NCBI GenBank assembly: GCA_963845185.1 | Contig: CAWJRG010000010.1 | Location: 448,001 to 512,000 of the forward strand | Direction of reading: 5' to 3' | DNA: 64,000 nucleotides | Origin: an uncultured bacterium | GTDB taxonomy: Bacteria; Oederibacteriota; PGYV01; CAWJRG01 | Part shown: positions 26,038-34,241 of the stretch, in pieces | How the letters are laid out: each line of letters opens with the position of its first letter | How positions within the stretch are numbered: position 1 is the stretch's first letter | The notes under the pieces: model-generated | Database searches by the model: none | What the model saw: the letters and a program-made list of their open reading frames with translations, nothing else | What the model was told of the DNA's origin: nothing | Translations under genes and position numbers: made by a program

Positions 26038-28223
26038 TATTTCACTTCAATATCCCCGTAAGACACGCCCCTGCCTTCTGCGGAGATATAGCACCTGCCG
26101 TATATCCTCGGGTCTCCGGTTATGCAATGTATAAATCCGTACTGGTGCCTGTCGTCGTTTATGCGCACCCAGGTATTTCCAGTATCATCTGACCTGAAAA
26201 TTCCTACTACCTCTGAAATTTTTCCCCATAAATATATTGCCGGGTATTTTGCGTCAGGCGCTGCCTTGCCGAAACCTATCCTGTAAGCTTCCCCGACATT
26301 TCCTATTTTATCCGCTGATTTGCCAGAGTCAGTCGAGCGGAAAAGCCCGCCGTTCTCGCCCGCAATCCAGATGTCTCCCTCTACTCCGGGCACAGCCGCT
26401 GCGGTGCCTACTCCCCAGCCAAAATCTTTCACCGTAGGCAAACCCGAAGCTTCGCGCGAAAAGCTCGCGCCTTTGTCCTCGCTTATCCACATCAGGCCGT
26501 TCACGAAATCATATATGTAAAACCTGGCAGGGTTGACCGTGTCTGCTATGGGGTGGTATATGCCGTCCGGAAGGTCAGCGCATTCTTTCCACGTCGCGCC
26601 GCTGTCAAAAGAATAATAAACTTTTGCGTTTTCAGCCTGCCAGCCTTTGCCTTTTTCCGGCGCCCACACTATGCTTTTGCCGTCAGCCGATATTGCTATT
26701 GACCTGCTGCCTCCGCGTTTTACTGCTTCCGGATGCGAAACAAAATCAGTCCATGTTATTCCGTTGTCAGTTGAATACGCGCCAAAAGGCGGCTTATCGA
26801 ATGTCTTTGCCATTAACTGCGGGTTGCTCCACGCGCAGGCTATTGAAAGCGTTGTCCATTTCGGCGGAAAGTACCGGTTTGGCGGCGCAGCGTCAAGGTT
26901 GTCTTCGTACCTGAATCCGTCCACGTCTCCTACAGCAGTGAATAAACGCGCGCCTGAAGGCGGGCTTATTATCTGCATTGGCACGGTCTCTTCTATTCCC
27001 TTGTCGTTAAAAAACCACTTAACATTTTTTGAAGTTATGTTATTGCTTGCCCACAGCCCGTAGCCGGTGACCCACATCGCGGTTTTGGAATCAAAAGGGT
27101 CTATTTTCACGTCTGCTATCCAGTGCGGCTTCATGTCGTTTTTCGTGTCTGTGTACGGCGCAAATGAATAATCCCATTTCGCTTCTTTTATAATAGTCTT
27201 CCAGGTCTTGCCGCCGTCCATGGACTGGAAAACATCGTCATGCTCAGCCCACCTGTCAATCGTGCTTATGAGTATATGCTTTGGGTTTCTTGCGTCAATT
27301 GATATGCCCGAGAACCCGCCTGAACCTTCGGGTGCTTTCAGGTCTGTCCACGCAGCGGTTTCTATATTATATTTCCACACCGCCCCGCGTGACGCGCCGT
27401 TTGGCCCGGGATTGTCCGAGAATGTAAGATAAAGTTCGCTTCCTGCCATGCCTGCCCTTAATGCCATTAAGTCCTTTGGCTGGCCCGCGACAAGCAACCA
27501 GGTATTTCCAGCGTCGTTTGACACGTACAGGCTGTCTGAATTTTCAGCTGCCGACGCGAATATCCTTTTTGTAGGGCTGCCTTTTTCGCCGCTTGACTTG
27601 TCAAAAATGACAAAATTAAAATTAACAGCAGCGCAAGAAGTGACCTTTGCCCATGTGTTTCCCGAATCCGCTGATTTCCAGAGCCCGTCCCTTGTCGTGC
27701 CCATAAAAATTACCGAGCCGAGGTTCGGGTCAACTGCCACCCTTTCACCGCAGCCCCTGCCGTTCTCGTTACCGCCGACTTTAAAAGAAAGCGGTACTGT
27801 TTTCCATGTTTCACCCCTGTCGTTTGATATCTGGAAAGCTCCCTTGCCTGCCCAGTCCTGCGTGTACTTGCCTGTCATCATGTAAACCTTGTTTGGGTCA
27901 TCCGGGTCAAGGCCAATGCTCAATATGCCGTTATACTCTGACTGGTCCTTGCCGAACATGTCGGTTATGCATACCCACTCTTTTTTATCCTTGTCCCATT
28001 TGTACGCGCCGCCCATGTCGGTCCGCAGGTACACGAGCCCCTTCTCCGCAGGGTGATATATAATGCCGGGTATAAACCCGCCGCCTCCTGCTATGACGCT
28101 CTTCCAGTTATATGACTGGGTTTTTACAGCCTTTTCCGGCGCTACTGCCGTGGCAGCGCAGCCGCAAAATATAAAAGATAAAACTAGTATTGCCGGGACT
28201 AAAAACTTCATTGCCTTTTTCAT
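26037..28223 (-). CDS. GH74 xyloglucanase, lipoprotein
   Basis: Lipobox IFCG-C; GGGGFIPGII, RTDMGGAY and GDVDG catalytic Asp motifs; BNR/Asp-box repeats; RINDDRHQYG, GDPRIYGR. Confidence 0.92.
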   Translation of the reverse strand: MKKAMKFLVPAILVLSFIFCGCAATAVAPEKAVKTQSYNWKSVIAGGGGFIPGIIYHPAEKGLVYLRTDMGGAYKWDKDKKEWVCITDMFGKDQSEYNGILSIGLDPDDPNKVYMMTGKYTQDWAGKGAFQISNDRGETWKTVPLSFKVGGNENGRGCGERVAVDPNLGSVIFMGTTRDGLWKSADSGNTWAKVTSCAAVNFNFVIFDKSSGEKGSPTKRIFASAAENSDSLYVSNDAGNTWLLVAGQPKDLMALRAGMAGSELYLTFSDNPGPNGASRGAVWKYNIETAAWTDLKAPEGSGGFSGISIDARNPKHILISTIDRWAEHDDVFQSMDGGKTWKTIIKEAKWDYSFAPYTDTKNDMKPHWIADVKIDPFDSKTAMWVTGYGLWASNNITSKNVKWFFNDKGIEETVPMQIISPPSGARLFTAVGDVDGFRYEDNLDAAPPNRYFPPKWTTLSIACAWSNPQLMAKTFDKPPFGAYSTDNGITWTDFVSHPEAVKRGGSRSIAISADGKSIVWAPEKGKGWQAENAKVYYSFDSGATWKECADLPDGIYHPIADTVNPARFYIYDFVNGLMWISEDKGASFSREASGLPTVKDFGWGVGTAAAVPGVEGDIWIAGENGGLFRSTDSGKSADKIGNVGEAYRIGFGKAAPDAKYPAIYLWGKISEVVGIFRSDDTGNTWVRINDDRHQYGFIHCITGDPRIYGRCYISAEGRGVSYGDIEVK

Positions 28224-28261
28224 GCACAGTCTCCTTTTCTCGATGTTTGTCTTCTTTTATC

Positions 28262-28289
28262 GTAGAGACACGCCATGGCGTGTCTCTAC
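28262..28289. repeat. GTAG-type REP palindrome (intact copy of the IS target)
   Basis: Perfect 28-bp palindrome GTAGAGACACGCCATGGCGTGTCTCTAC. Confidence 0.9.
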
Positions 28290-28311
28290 ATTTATGAAAA
28301 CATTTTTCTGC

Positions 28312-28653
28312 TTACATTTCCCTGAAAAAATACAGCGCAGCGGTTAAAACCGCGCCTACAATAAAAATAGTCCGCGTGTCGCGGACAAATAACGAATAAG
28401 CACATAATATTACGCCTATGATTATAAATGGAGCGTTTGATTTTTTCTTCCCGTACAGGAACGCGAAAACTCCAACCCCGCTGAAAACCGTGCCCCACAT
28501 AATGCCCCAGATTGAAAACCCCGCAAGCAGGCCTTTTGCCTCAGGCGGCAGGCTGCTGGTAAGTGAAGTGCCAATCATGTCCCCGAGTTCGTCACCTTGG
28601 GCAAATGCCGCGGCCAGCCATGTAAATATCATCATTAAAACTGATTTTTTCAT
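28312..28653 (-). CDS. Small membrane protein, function unknown
   Basis: Signal-like N-terminus; FSGVGVFAFLYGKK...IIGVILCAYSLFV hydrophobic helices. Confidence 0.65.
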   Translation of the reverse strand: MKKSVLMMIFTWLAAAFAQGDELGDMIGTSLTSSLPPEAKGLLAGFSIWGIMWGTVFSGVGVFAFLYGKKKSNAPFIIIGVILCAYSLFVRDTRTIFIVGAVLTAALYFFREM

Positions 28654-28823
28654 TTTTTCACCTAAGTCGATGTTTTTGAGACAAACCCGAAGGGTGAAGT
28701 CGAAAATTACAACGACTTATACCCGCTCAAGTCTTGAGCTTGCGAAAGGCAAGCGGTATAAATTATACCAAAAAACACGCCTTTTATCTTTAAATATTTA
28801 ATTTGTAATTTTTAATTTATTTG

Positions 28824-28832
28824 TGCTATACT
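28824..28832 (+). promoter_or_regulatory. Extended -10 promoter TGCTATACT directly before the helicase ATG
   Basis: TG-n-TATACT ends 8 nt before ATG 28841; no SD sequence in between. Confidence 0.55.
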
Positions 28833-28840
28833 ATTTGCAT

Positions 28841-30070
28841 ATGACACCAACACAAGACAGTTTTAACGGGCTCGGGATAGCACCCGGCCTCTTAGATATC
28901 ATAGCGAAATTAAAATTCACCGTACCAACTCCCATCCAGTACAAGGCAATCCCTCTCGCCGTCACCGGCACTGATATAATTGGAATAGCGCAGACCGGCA
29001 CAGGCAAGACACTTGCATTTGGCCTGCCCATGGTCCAGCGCCTGGCACAAACCCCGCATGGCCGCGGCCTTATAGTACTCCCCACGCGCGAACTGGCAAT
29101 GCAGGTAAACGAAACCATGATAAAACTCACGCCCGTTTTTAAAATGAAAACCGCGGTACTGATAGGCGGGCTTTCCATGTACAACCAGATAATCGCGTTA
29201 AAACAGGCACCCCGTATAATAATAGCCACGCCAGGCAGGCTTTTGGACCACATGGAAAGGCGCACTGTCAGGCTGGACGATGTCCGTATACTTGTGCTCG
29301 ATGAAGCTGACCGCATGCTTGACATGGGATTCATGCCGCAGATAATTGAAATCCTGCGCGCACTTCCAAAAGACCGGCAGACCATGCTTTTTTCCGCGAC
29401 CATGCCTTCCGACATCGTGAAAATAGCTTCAGGCTACATGAAACTTCCTGTGCGCACCGAGATCGCGCCCCAGGGAACAGCGGCAGAGCTTGTGTCGCAG
29501 GAAATATTCGTGGTGCAGGCAAATTTAAAACCCGTAATTTTAAACGAGATTCTCAAGCAGTATACCGGCTCGGTCCTGCTTTTCACCCGCACAAAAAGGG
29601 GCGCTGCAAGAGTCACGCGCAGCCTCAGGAACAACGGTTTTTCCGCTGCCGAGATACACTCGGACAGGTCCATGGGCCAGCGAAAAGAAGCATTGCAGGG
29701 TTTTAAGTCAGGCAGGTACCGCGTGCTCGTCGCGACCGATATAGCTGCCCGCGGCATAGACGTCGTAGGCATAGAGCTTGTGCTGAATTACGACCTGCCC
29801 GACGAGCCAGGGTATTATGTACACCGCATCGGCAGGACAGGCAGGGCAGGTTTGACAGGCCACGCAATATCCATAGCAACGCCCGACCAGGCAAGCGACG
29901 TCCGGAGCATAGAAAGAATAATAAGGACAACCATCCCGATTTCAACCCACCCCAAAGTACCTACGGAAAAATTTAAAGCTCCTGCTTTTGGAGGCTCCAA
30001 CTCAAACCTGGCTTTTTCCAGCAGCAAGTTTTTCAGGCGGGGTGGCCGCAGGCCAAGGCCGTGGAGATAA
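28841..30070 (+). CDS. DEAD-box RNA helicase (RhlE-like)
   Basis: Q motif PTPIQ, AQTGTGKT, PTRELA, TPGRL, DEAD, SAT, ARGID, HRIGRTGR; basic C-terminal tail. Confidence 0.95.
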   Translation: MTPTQDSFNGLGIAPGLLDIIAKLKFTVPTPIQYKAIPLAVTGTDIIGIAQTGTGKTLAFGLPMVQRLAQTPHGRGLIVLPTRELAMQVNETMIKLTPVFKMKTAVLIGGLSMYNQIIALKQAPRIIIATPGRLLDHMERRTVRLDDVRILVLDEADRMLDMGFMPQIIEILRALPKDRQTMLFSATMPSDIVKIASGYMKLPVRTEIAPQGTAAELVSQEIFVVQANLKPVILNEILKQYTGSVLLFTRTKRGAARVTRSLRNNGFSAAEIHSDRSMGQRKEALQGFKSGRYRVLVATDIAARGIDVVGIELVLNYDLPDEPGYYVHRIGRTGRAGLTGHAISIATPDQASDVRSIERIIRTTIPISTHPKVPTEKFKAPAFGGSNSNLAFSSSKFFRRGGRRPRPWR

Positions 30071-30294
30071 GGCTTACCTGAAGTGTCTTAAACCCAAGCG
30101 CCAGCCACGAATTACTTAATTTGAATAAAATTCTTGCAAATCGTCCATAAAGATGAACAATCGAGCAATTGAACAGTTGACCGCAGGTGAACTGGGTCAA
30201 GTCAACATCTTCCTTGTTTGGGTTTTACTTTTCTCATCTGTTCACCTATCTCCTGCTCACCTGCTCTAAAATGAAATAAGCCAACTTCTTGGGC

Positions 30295-32409
30295 TTATTT
30301 CATTTTCGGTTCCCCGTATAATACTCCCCTGCCTTCTGCCGAAATATAGCACCTGCCATAAATCCTCGGGTCGCCGATTACGCAGTGTATGAATCCGTAC
30401 TGGTGCCTGTCGTCGTTTATGCGCACCCACGTTTTGCCTGTATCATCCGACCTGAAAATACCAGTAATCCCCGCGATTTTCCCCCATAAATATATTGCAG
30501 GATATTTTGCTCGAGGCGCTGCCTTGCCGAACCCTATTCTGTAAGCCTCCTCGATAATTTCTATTTTACCCGCTGATTTTCCTGAATCATTTGAGTGAAA
30601 AAGCCCGCACTTGCCCGCGGCAATCCATATGTCGCCTTCCCTGCCTGCCACGGCTGCTGCGCTGAAATCAGCCATGCCGTCATAGCCGCTGTAATACCCC
30701 CCGGCATCCAGTCCTGAAACTCCTGTCGAAAAACTTTGACCGCCATCTGTGCTGACAAGCAGGCATGCCTTGACCCCGTCATAAATATAAAACTTATTTG
30801 GATTGGCCCTGTCTGAAAACGGCCACAAATTTTTTGCCTCAACTCCGGCGCAGGTGAGCCATGAATTGCCGTTATCTTTTGAATAGGACATTGCAGCGTT
30901 TAGCGGCTGCCATACTATGTTTTTGCCGTCGCTTGATACAGCTATGCTTCTCAGCCAGCCCTTTGTCGCTCCTGCCGGATATGAAGCAAAATCAGTCCAG
31001 TTCAAGCCGTTATCAATTGAAAAAGCCCCGTATGGCGGTTTTGAATTAAATGCCTTTACCATAAAAGGCGTTTTTTCCGCGAAGTCTATGGCCAGTGTTG
31101 TGCCAACATGCGGTTTGAACCTGTCTTCAGGGGATGCGTTTAAATTTTTATGGACAAACCCGTCAATGTCGCCCATTGCAGATATCAAATGCGCACCGTA
31201 ACCAGGGCTTATTATTTGCATTGCCACTGTTTGTTCTATTTTTTTGTCGTCAAAAAACCACGTGACAGGTGATGACAAAATATTTTTGCTTGTCCATATC
31301 CCGTAGCCTGTCGTGAAAATTGCCCTGTTTGAATCAAACGGGTCTATTTTGACATCAGCAATCCAGTGCGGTATCAGGTTTGATGTGTAGCCAGCGTATG
31401 TCCTGTCCCACTTTGATGTTTCAAGCAGGTCTGTCCAGGTTTTGCCTGCGTCAATTGAGCTGTAGATTTCGTCAAACGGAAACCACCTGTTAAGCGTGCT
31501 GACGAGCATGTGCCCGGGATTTTGCGCATCAATTGATATGCAGGCAAACCCGCCTTCGCCTGCCGGCACATTAAGGTTTGCCCACTCCCCGCTTTCCATA
31601 TTATATCTATATACCGAACCCTTTGTAGCGTTTGTCGGGCCTGCCGAATCTGAAAAAGCCATAAAAAGGTTTTTGCCTGCTATGTCAGCCCTTAATGCCA
31701 TTAAATCCATTGGCTGGCCGGATACCAGCGACCAGCTGTCACCGGCGTCATTTGATATATAAAGGCTGCCTGAATTATCTGCTGCTGCCGCGAATATCCT
31801 CTGCGTAGCCTTGGATTTCTTAACGCTTGCTTTGTCAAAAATCACGAAATTTATGTTTAGCACAGGAAAAGAATTTACACGCGCCCAGGTATTACCGTAA
31901 TCAGCCGACTTCCACAGCCCGTCTTTTGTCGTACCCATGAAAATTATGGAGCCAGAGTTCGGGTCAACGGCCAGTCTTTCGCCCGCGCCCCTGCCTCTTT
32001 CATTGCCGCCGGCCTTAAAAGGCAGAATCACGCGTGCCCATGTTTCTCCCCTGTCTTTTGAAATATGGAAAGCACCGTTCCTGTCTGTTTCTCTCGTGTA
32101 TTTGCCGTTCATCATGTAAACTTTGTCCGGGTCGTTTGCATCCACTGCCATGCTCAATACGCCGTTGTAGTCTGCCTCATCCTTGCCGAACATGTCAGTT
32201 ATGCATAACCACCCGCCTTTTTTGGCGTTATAGCGGTACGCCCCGCCCATGTCTGTGCGCAAATATATAAGGCCGGGCTCACCTGGGTGGAATATAATGC
32301 CGGGTATGAACCCCCCGCCTCCGGTTATAACACTTTTCCATGTATATGAAGTTTTTTCAGTATGTTTTTTTATTGTTTTTGCTTTGGTTGTCCTGGATTT
32401 GACGCTCAT
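30295..32409 (-). CDS. GH74 xyloglucanase/oligoxyloglucan hydrolase paralog lacking a signal peptide
   Basis: Same GH74 motifs (RTDMGGAY, GDIDG); N-terminus MSVKSRTTKAKTIKKHTEKT has no hydrophobic core. Confidence 0.9.
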   Translation of the reverse strand: MSVKSRTTKAKTIKKHTEKTSYTWKSVITGGGGFIPGIIFHPGEPGLIYLRTDMGGAYRYNAKKGGWLCITDMFGKDEADYNGVLSMAVDANDPDKVYMMNGKYTRETDRNGAFHISKDRGETWARVILPFKAGGNERGRGAGERLAVDPNSGSIIFMGTTKDGLWKSADYGNTWARVNSFPVLNINFVIFDKASVKKSKATQRIFAAAADNSGSLYISNDAGDSWSLVSGQPMDLMALRADIAGKNLFMAFSDSAGPTNATKGSVYRYNMESGEWANLNVPAGEGGFACISIDAQNPGHMLVSTLNRWFPFDEIYSSIDAGKTWTDLLETSKWDRTYAGYTSNLIPHWIADVKIDPFDSNRAIFTTGYGIWTSKNILSSPVTWFFDDKKIEQTVAMQIISPGYGAHLISAMGDIDGFVHKNLNASPEDRFKPHVGTTLAIDFAEKTPFMVKAFNSKPPYGAFSIDNGLNWTDFASYPAGATKGWLRSIAVSSDGKNIVWQPLNAAMSYSKDNGNSWLTCAGVEAKNLWPFSDRANPNKFYIYDGVKACLLVSTDGGQSFSTGVSGLDAGGYYSGYDGMADFSAAAVAGREGDIWIAAGKCGLFHSNDSGKSAGKIEIIEEAYRIGFGKAAPRAKYPAIYLWGKIAGITGIFRSDDTGKTWVRINDDRHQYGFIHCVIGDPRIYGRCYISAEGRGVLYGEPKMK

Positions 32410-32432
32410 TAGATACCTTTGAATTTATATTT

Positions 32433-32461
32433 GTAGAGACGACCCGCCGGGCCGTCTCTAC
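32433..32461. repeat. GTAG-type REP palindrome variant
   Basis: GTAGAGACGACCCGCCGGGCCGTCTCTAC. Confidence 0.85.
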
Positions 32462-32473
32462 TGTCTAAAGATT

Positions 32474-33781
32474 TTATTTTTTCCCGCTGAAATACTCGTC
32501 GTTTATTTCCTTTGTTATTTTTTTCAGGGCTTTCTCTGCCGTGTCTTCGTCGTTCCACACCCTGTCAAGCGCCGGGCTTATATATTTGATTCCTATTTCC
32601 TCCCACTCTTTTATAAGCGGCGTGAAATGGATGTATTTAACTGCGTCAAGCATGATTTTCTTGTTTTTCGGCTTTTGGTCGTCCATAAACTGCTTTGACT
32701 CCGCGAGTTTTATTATGGCAGGCTGCAGGCCGCCTTCGCTCGACAAATCTATCTGGCCCTTTTCGCCCGCGAACCTTTTTAAGACCTGCCATGCCAGTTC
32801 CTTATTTTTGCACTGGCTCGTTATGGCATAGCCTGAACCGCCTGAAGGAAATCCTCTTTTGCCTTTCGGGCCCTTGGGAAACATAACTACATCCCAGTCG
32901 AAATCTTTTATGTCCCTGAAATACCCCGCTTTCCAGTAACCTGTATAAAACATGGCTATCTTGCCCTCCGTGAATTTGGAAGCCGTGCCGTACCATCCCA
33001 TGGTAGTGGAATTGATTACCACAGGCGGGGGTGTTACCTTGTATTTGTTCGCCAGGTCTGCCCTGAACTGGATTCCCGCTATTGCCTCAGGCGAATCAAG
33101 CACTATTTTTGTCGGGTGCTTAATATCGTCCACTATGGCGCCGCCGTTTGAGTAAACCCACGCTTCCCATATTGTCCACTCGTCGAGGAACCCGTACTGC
33201 GTTACATTTCCTTTGGCGTCCCTTTTTGTCAGTTTTTGCGCTTTTTCAAGCAAATCCTTCCATGTCCAGTCGTCTTTCGGGTACGCTACACCTGCCTCGT
33301 CGAACAGCTTTTTGTTGTAATAAACAACGCATATGGGCGCTATGTCCCTGGGTATCACGTATAATTTCTTGTCAACCGTGAACCTGTCCACAATCTCCGG
33401 GTAATAATCCTTTATATTGAAATCCTTGTCCTTGTCGTTTTCGATATAAGGCGTGAGGTCCACGAGCAGGCCGCTGTCTTGCAGGTACTTAAAATTACCT
33501 TCCTCGACAAAAAGTATGTCGGGCAAATTTCCTCCTGCTGCCTCGGTCATGACTTTTTCCATGTACGGGCTTCCCGATGGCGCGCGTTCCTGCGTCACTG
33601 TAATGCCTTTTGTCAATTTAATGTCTTTTATGATTTTTTCGACGTTTTTCATTTCTATTATGTCGCCCCAGTGCATGACCCGGATTTTGTCGGTTTTTTG
33701 GCCGCCGCCGCAGGCACCAAAAATTAGGGCTAATAAAATAAAAGCAAAAAATAAATATAAAAATATTCTAATTTTTTTCAT
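32474..33781 (-). CDS. Sugar ABC transporter substrate-binding lipoprotein (CUT1 family)
   Basis: Lipobox IFGA-C; LPDILFVE, LVDLTPYIE, VVYYNKKLFDEAGVAYP..WTWKD, FTEGKIAM, WDVVMFPKGPKG. Confidence 0.92.
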   Translation of the reverse strand: MKKIRIFLYLFFAFILLALIFGACGGGQKTDKIRVMHWGDIIEMKNVEKIIKDIKLTKGITVTQERAPSGSPYMEKVMTEAAGGNLPDILFVEEGNFKYLQDSGLLVDLTPYIENDKDKDFNIKDYYPEIVDRFTVDKKLYVIPRDIAPICVVYYNKKLFDEAGVAYPKDDWTWKDLLEKAQKLTKRDAKGNVTQYGFLDEWTIWEAWVYSNGGAIVDDIKHPTKIVLDSPEAIAGIQFRADLANKYKVTPPPVVINSTTMGWYGTASKFTEGKIAMFYTGYWKAGYFRDIKDFDWDVVMFPKGPKGKRGFPSGGSGYAITSQCKNKELAWQVLKRFAGEKGQIDLSSEGGLQPAIIKLAESKQFMDDQKPKNKKIMLDAVKYIHFTPLIKEWEEIGIKYISPALDRVWNDEDTAEKALKKITKEINDEYFSGKK

Positions 33782-33949
33782 TTTAAAACCTCCTTAGAGT
33801 CCGTTCATTTTGCCAAGCGTCAACATGCAGTCAAATAGTCCGGGGTGATTATTTGACGGGTTGTTTCCGTAAATCATTTAATATAAAAACTACCCGGCAA
33901 AATCTTACAAAATCTTGTACCCACTCCAGTTTAAGGCCGCAAGGCCGAA

Positions 33950-34178
33950 AACCCCCAATCTCAGCCAGCATCTTCTTAAAATCCTCTGTTTCGTTTGAAA
34001 GAGCTCCTCTAAATCTGACTTAACCTTCTTTTGTCACCGCTGTAACATAACACATGTTCTTGTACACATCAACACCGAAATACAATATACGGCACCTCCT
34101 ATGTTTTTAATGTTGTGGGTGCTAACGCACGCCGCGTTACCATTATACCTGGGGGGTGCCTTCTTTTCATATTACATC
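33950..34178 (-). mobile_element. IS110/IS1111-family remnant: left end plus degenerate first ~45 codons of the transposase
   Basis: Minus-strand translation from 34088: (I)LYFGVDVYKNMCYVTAVTKEG*VRFRGALSNETEDFKKMLAEIG, resembling the DEDD-RuvC N-terminus (G[IV]DxxK), with an in-frame TAA at 34020-34022. The upstream end has TATAAT and a GGCACC/GGTGCC inverted repeat overlapping the GGAGG RBS. Confidence 0.72.
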
Positions 34179-34241
34179 TCCCTAAATAGGGAAAGGGGCG
34201 GGGGTGCGGGTGCATTCATGGTGATGCATTATTATTTCACT

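Noticed and set aside
30150..30270. Degenerate 8-mer inverted tandem repeats after the helicase, and 7-mers at about 47130-47195
   Set aside because: Too short and degenerate to assign; probably terminator-like or low-complexity filler.
33837..33858. GTCAAATAGTC/GATTATTTGAC hairpin upstream of the ABC binding protein as a riboswitch
   Set aside because: No recognisable aptamer consensus; could be an operator but unsupported.
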